32,000 nt of DNA, taken from assembly GCF_000195855.1 (NCBI RefSeq), contig NC_002677.1, forward strand, positions 1,110,001 to 1,142,000, in the 5' to 3' direction. Source of the stretch: Mycobacterium leprae TN (GTDB taxonomy: Bacteria; Actinomycetota; Actinomycetes; Mycobacteriales; Mycobacteriaceae). Under the pieces are notes generated by a model. The model did no database searches. It saw only the letters and a program-made list of their open reading frames with translations, and was not told where the DNA came from. How positions within the stretch are numbered: the stretch's first letter is position 1; each line of letters opens with the position of its first letter. Positions 31,481 through 32,000 of this stretch are shown in pieces. Both the position numbers and the translations under genes were made by a program.

Positions 31481-32000
31481 TGAGGTTAATGTTAGCGCGG
31501 ACTCGTTGTGGGGGTGGAGTAAAGGGTGGTGGGTCAGTGTATTGGCGGGTCGGTGCGTCAGGTCGCAAAGGTCGGTATCGATGCCGTGGTGATGCGGGTA
31601 TGAGAGTCGTTTCGAGGTCTTGGTCTCACGCTGGGGTTGTACAGCGATTCTGTGGTAGGGCGTTGTCTTGTGGTTGATCATGGCCGCAGTGATCACATCA
31701 GTGCTGTGGTCCTTGGATAGGTGTAGCAGCTGCACGAATCCGCTACTTGTGTTCGGCCAGGGCGCCGATTTGGGGGTCTAATTTTTGCCGATGATTACAT
31801 CATCCGCCCAATGCTATGAGGTTAGAGCACCACACGGTCGTGTAGTTTTCGCGGGACGTGCACTGGTGGTGGCCATACCTAGAGAATAATGGTGGTGCCC
31901 GGTTTTAGCGTGCTGTGCCCTCAGCGTGCGGAACATCCACCCAGTGCGCACATGTTGGTTGAGCTTGGACTCGATGTTGAAGTGTTTTATAGGACACCTG

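Noticed and set aside
31250-31735. Minus-strand ORFs rich in Thr/Pro/His (31356-31568, 31442-31735)
   Set aside because: No motifs; partly antisense to the methyltransferase remnant and biased by GT-rich sequence.
1-32000. Search for CRISPR arrays, tRNA/rRNA genes, transposase genes, prophage or phage-defence modules
   Set aside because: No regularly spaced repeats, tRNA cloverleaf or GTTCRANYC-type signals, or transposase/integrase motifs were recognised by eye; the only defence-like item is the vapBC fossil. Known M. leprae dispersed repeats could not be excluded without a search.

Overview
GC-moderate actinobacterial window dominated by decayed genes, with only a few intact ones. This matches Mycobacterium leprae-type reductive evolution (M. 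leprae or M. lepromatosis; an inference, no database was searched). From memory, the recognisable genes follow the M. tuberculosis Rv1121-Rv1147 order: zwf, gnd, bpoB-like hydrolase, ephC, Rv1125-like acyltransferase, Rv1126c-like, short ppdK, DUF3556 membrane protein, metE, CPBP membrane protease, mcr, SDR, mmpL13-like, SAM methyltransferase. Intact: metE (17777-20059, -) with an upstream cobalamin riboswitch, a short PPDK lacking the PEP-binding barrel (13017-14699, -), a DoxX-like gene (14867-15376, +) and the tail of a CDS at the left edge. Three observations stand out. (1) Perfect or near-perfect inverted repeats lie inside former coding sequence: a 60-nt palindrome made of two exact 20-nt tandem units with 28-bp arms, a 50-nt palindrome with 23-bp arms in the same SDR pseudogene, and a 38-nt palindrome inside a vapB fossil; a near-perfect one lies upstream of metE. 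(2) A fossil operon on the minus strand (26376 to about 23750) encodes type III PKS, isoprenylcysteine-methyltransferase-like protein and FAD monooxygenase, with an ATGA overlap preserved between the last two; it resembles a polyketide-quinone/alkylresorcinol cluster. (3) A B12 riboswitch is retained in front of metE. No CRISPR array, phage, rRNA or tRNA was identified.
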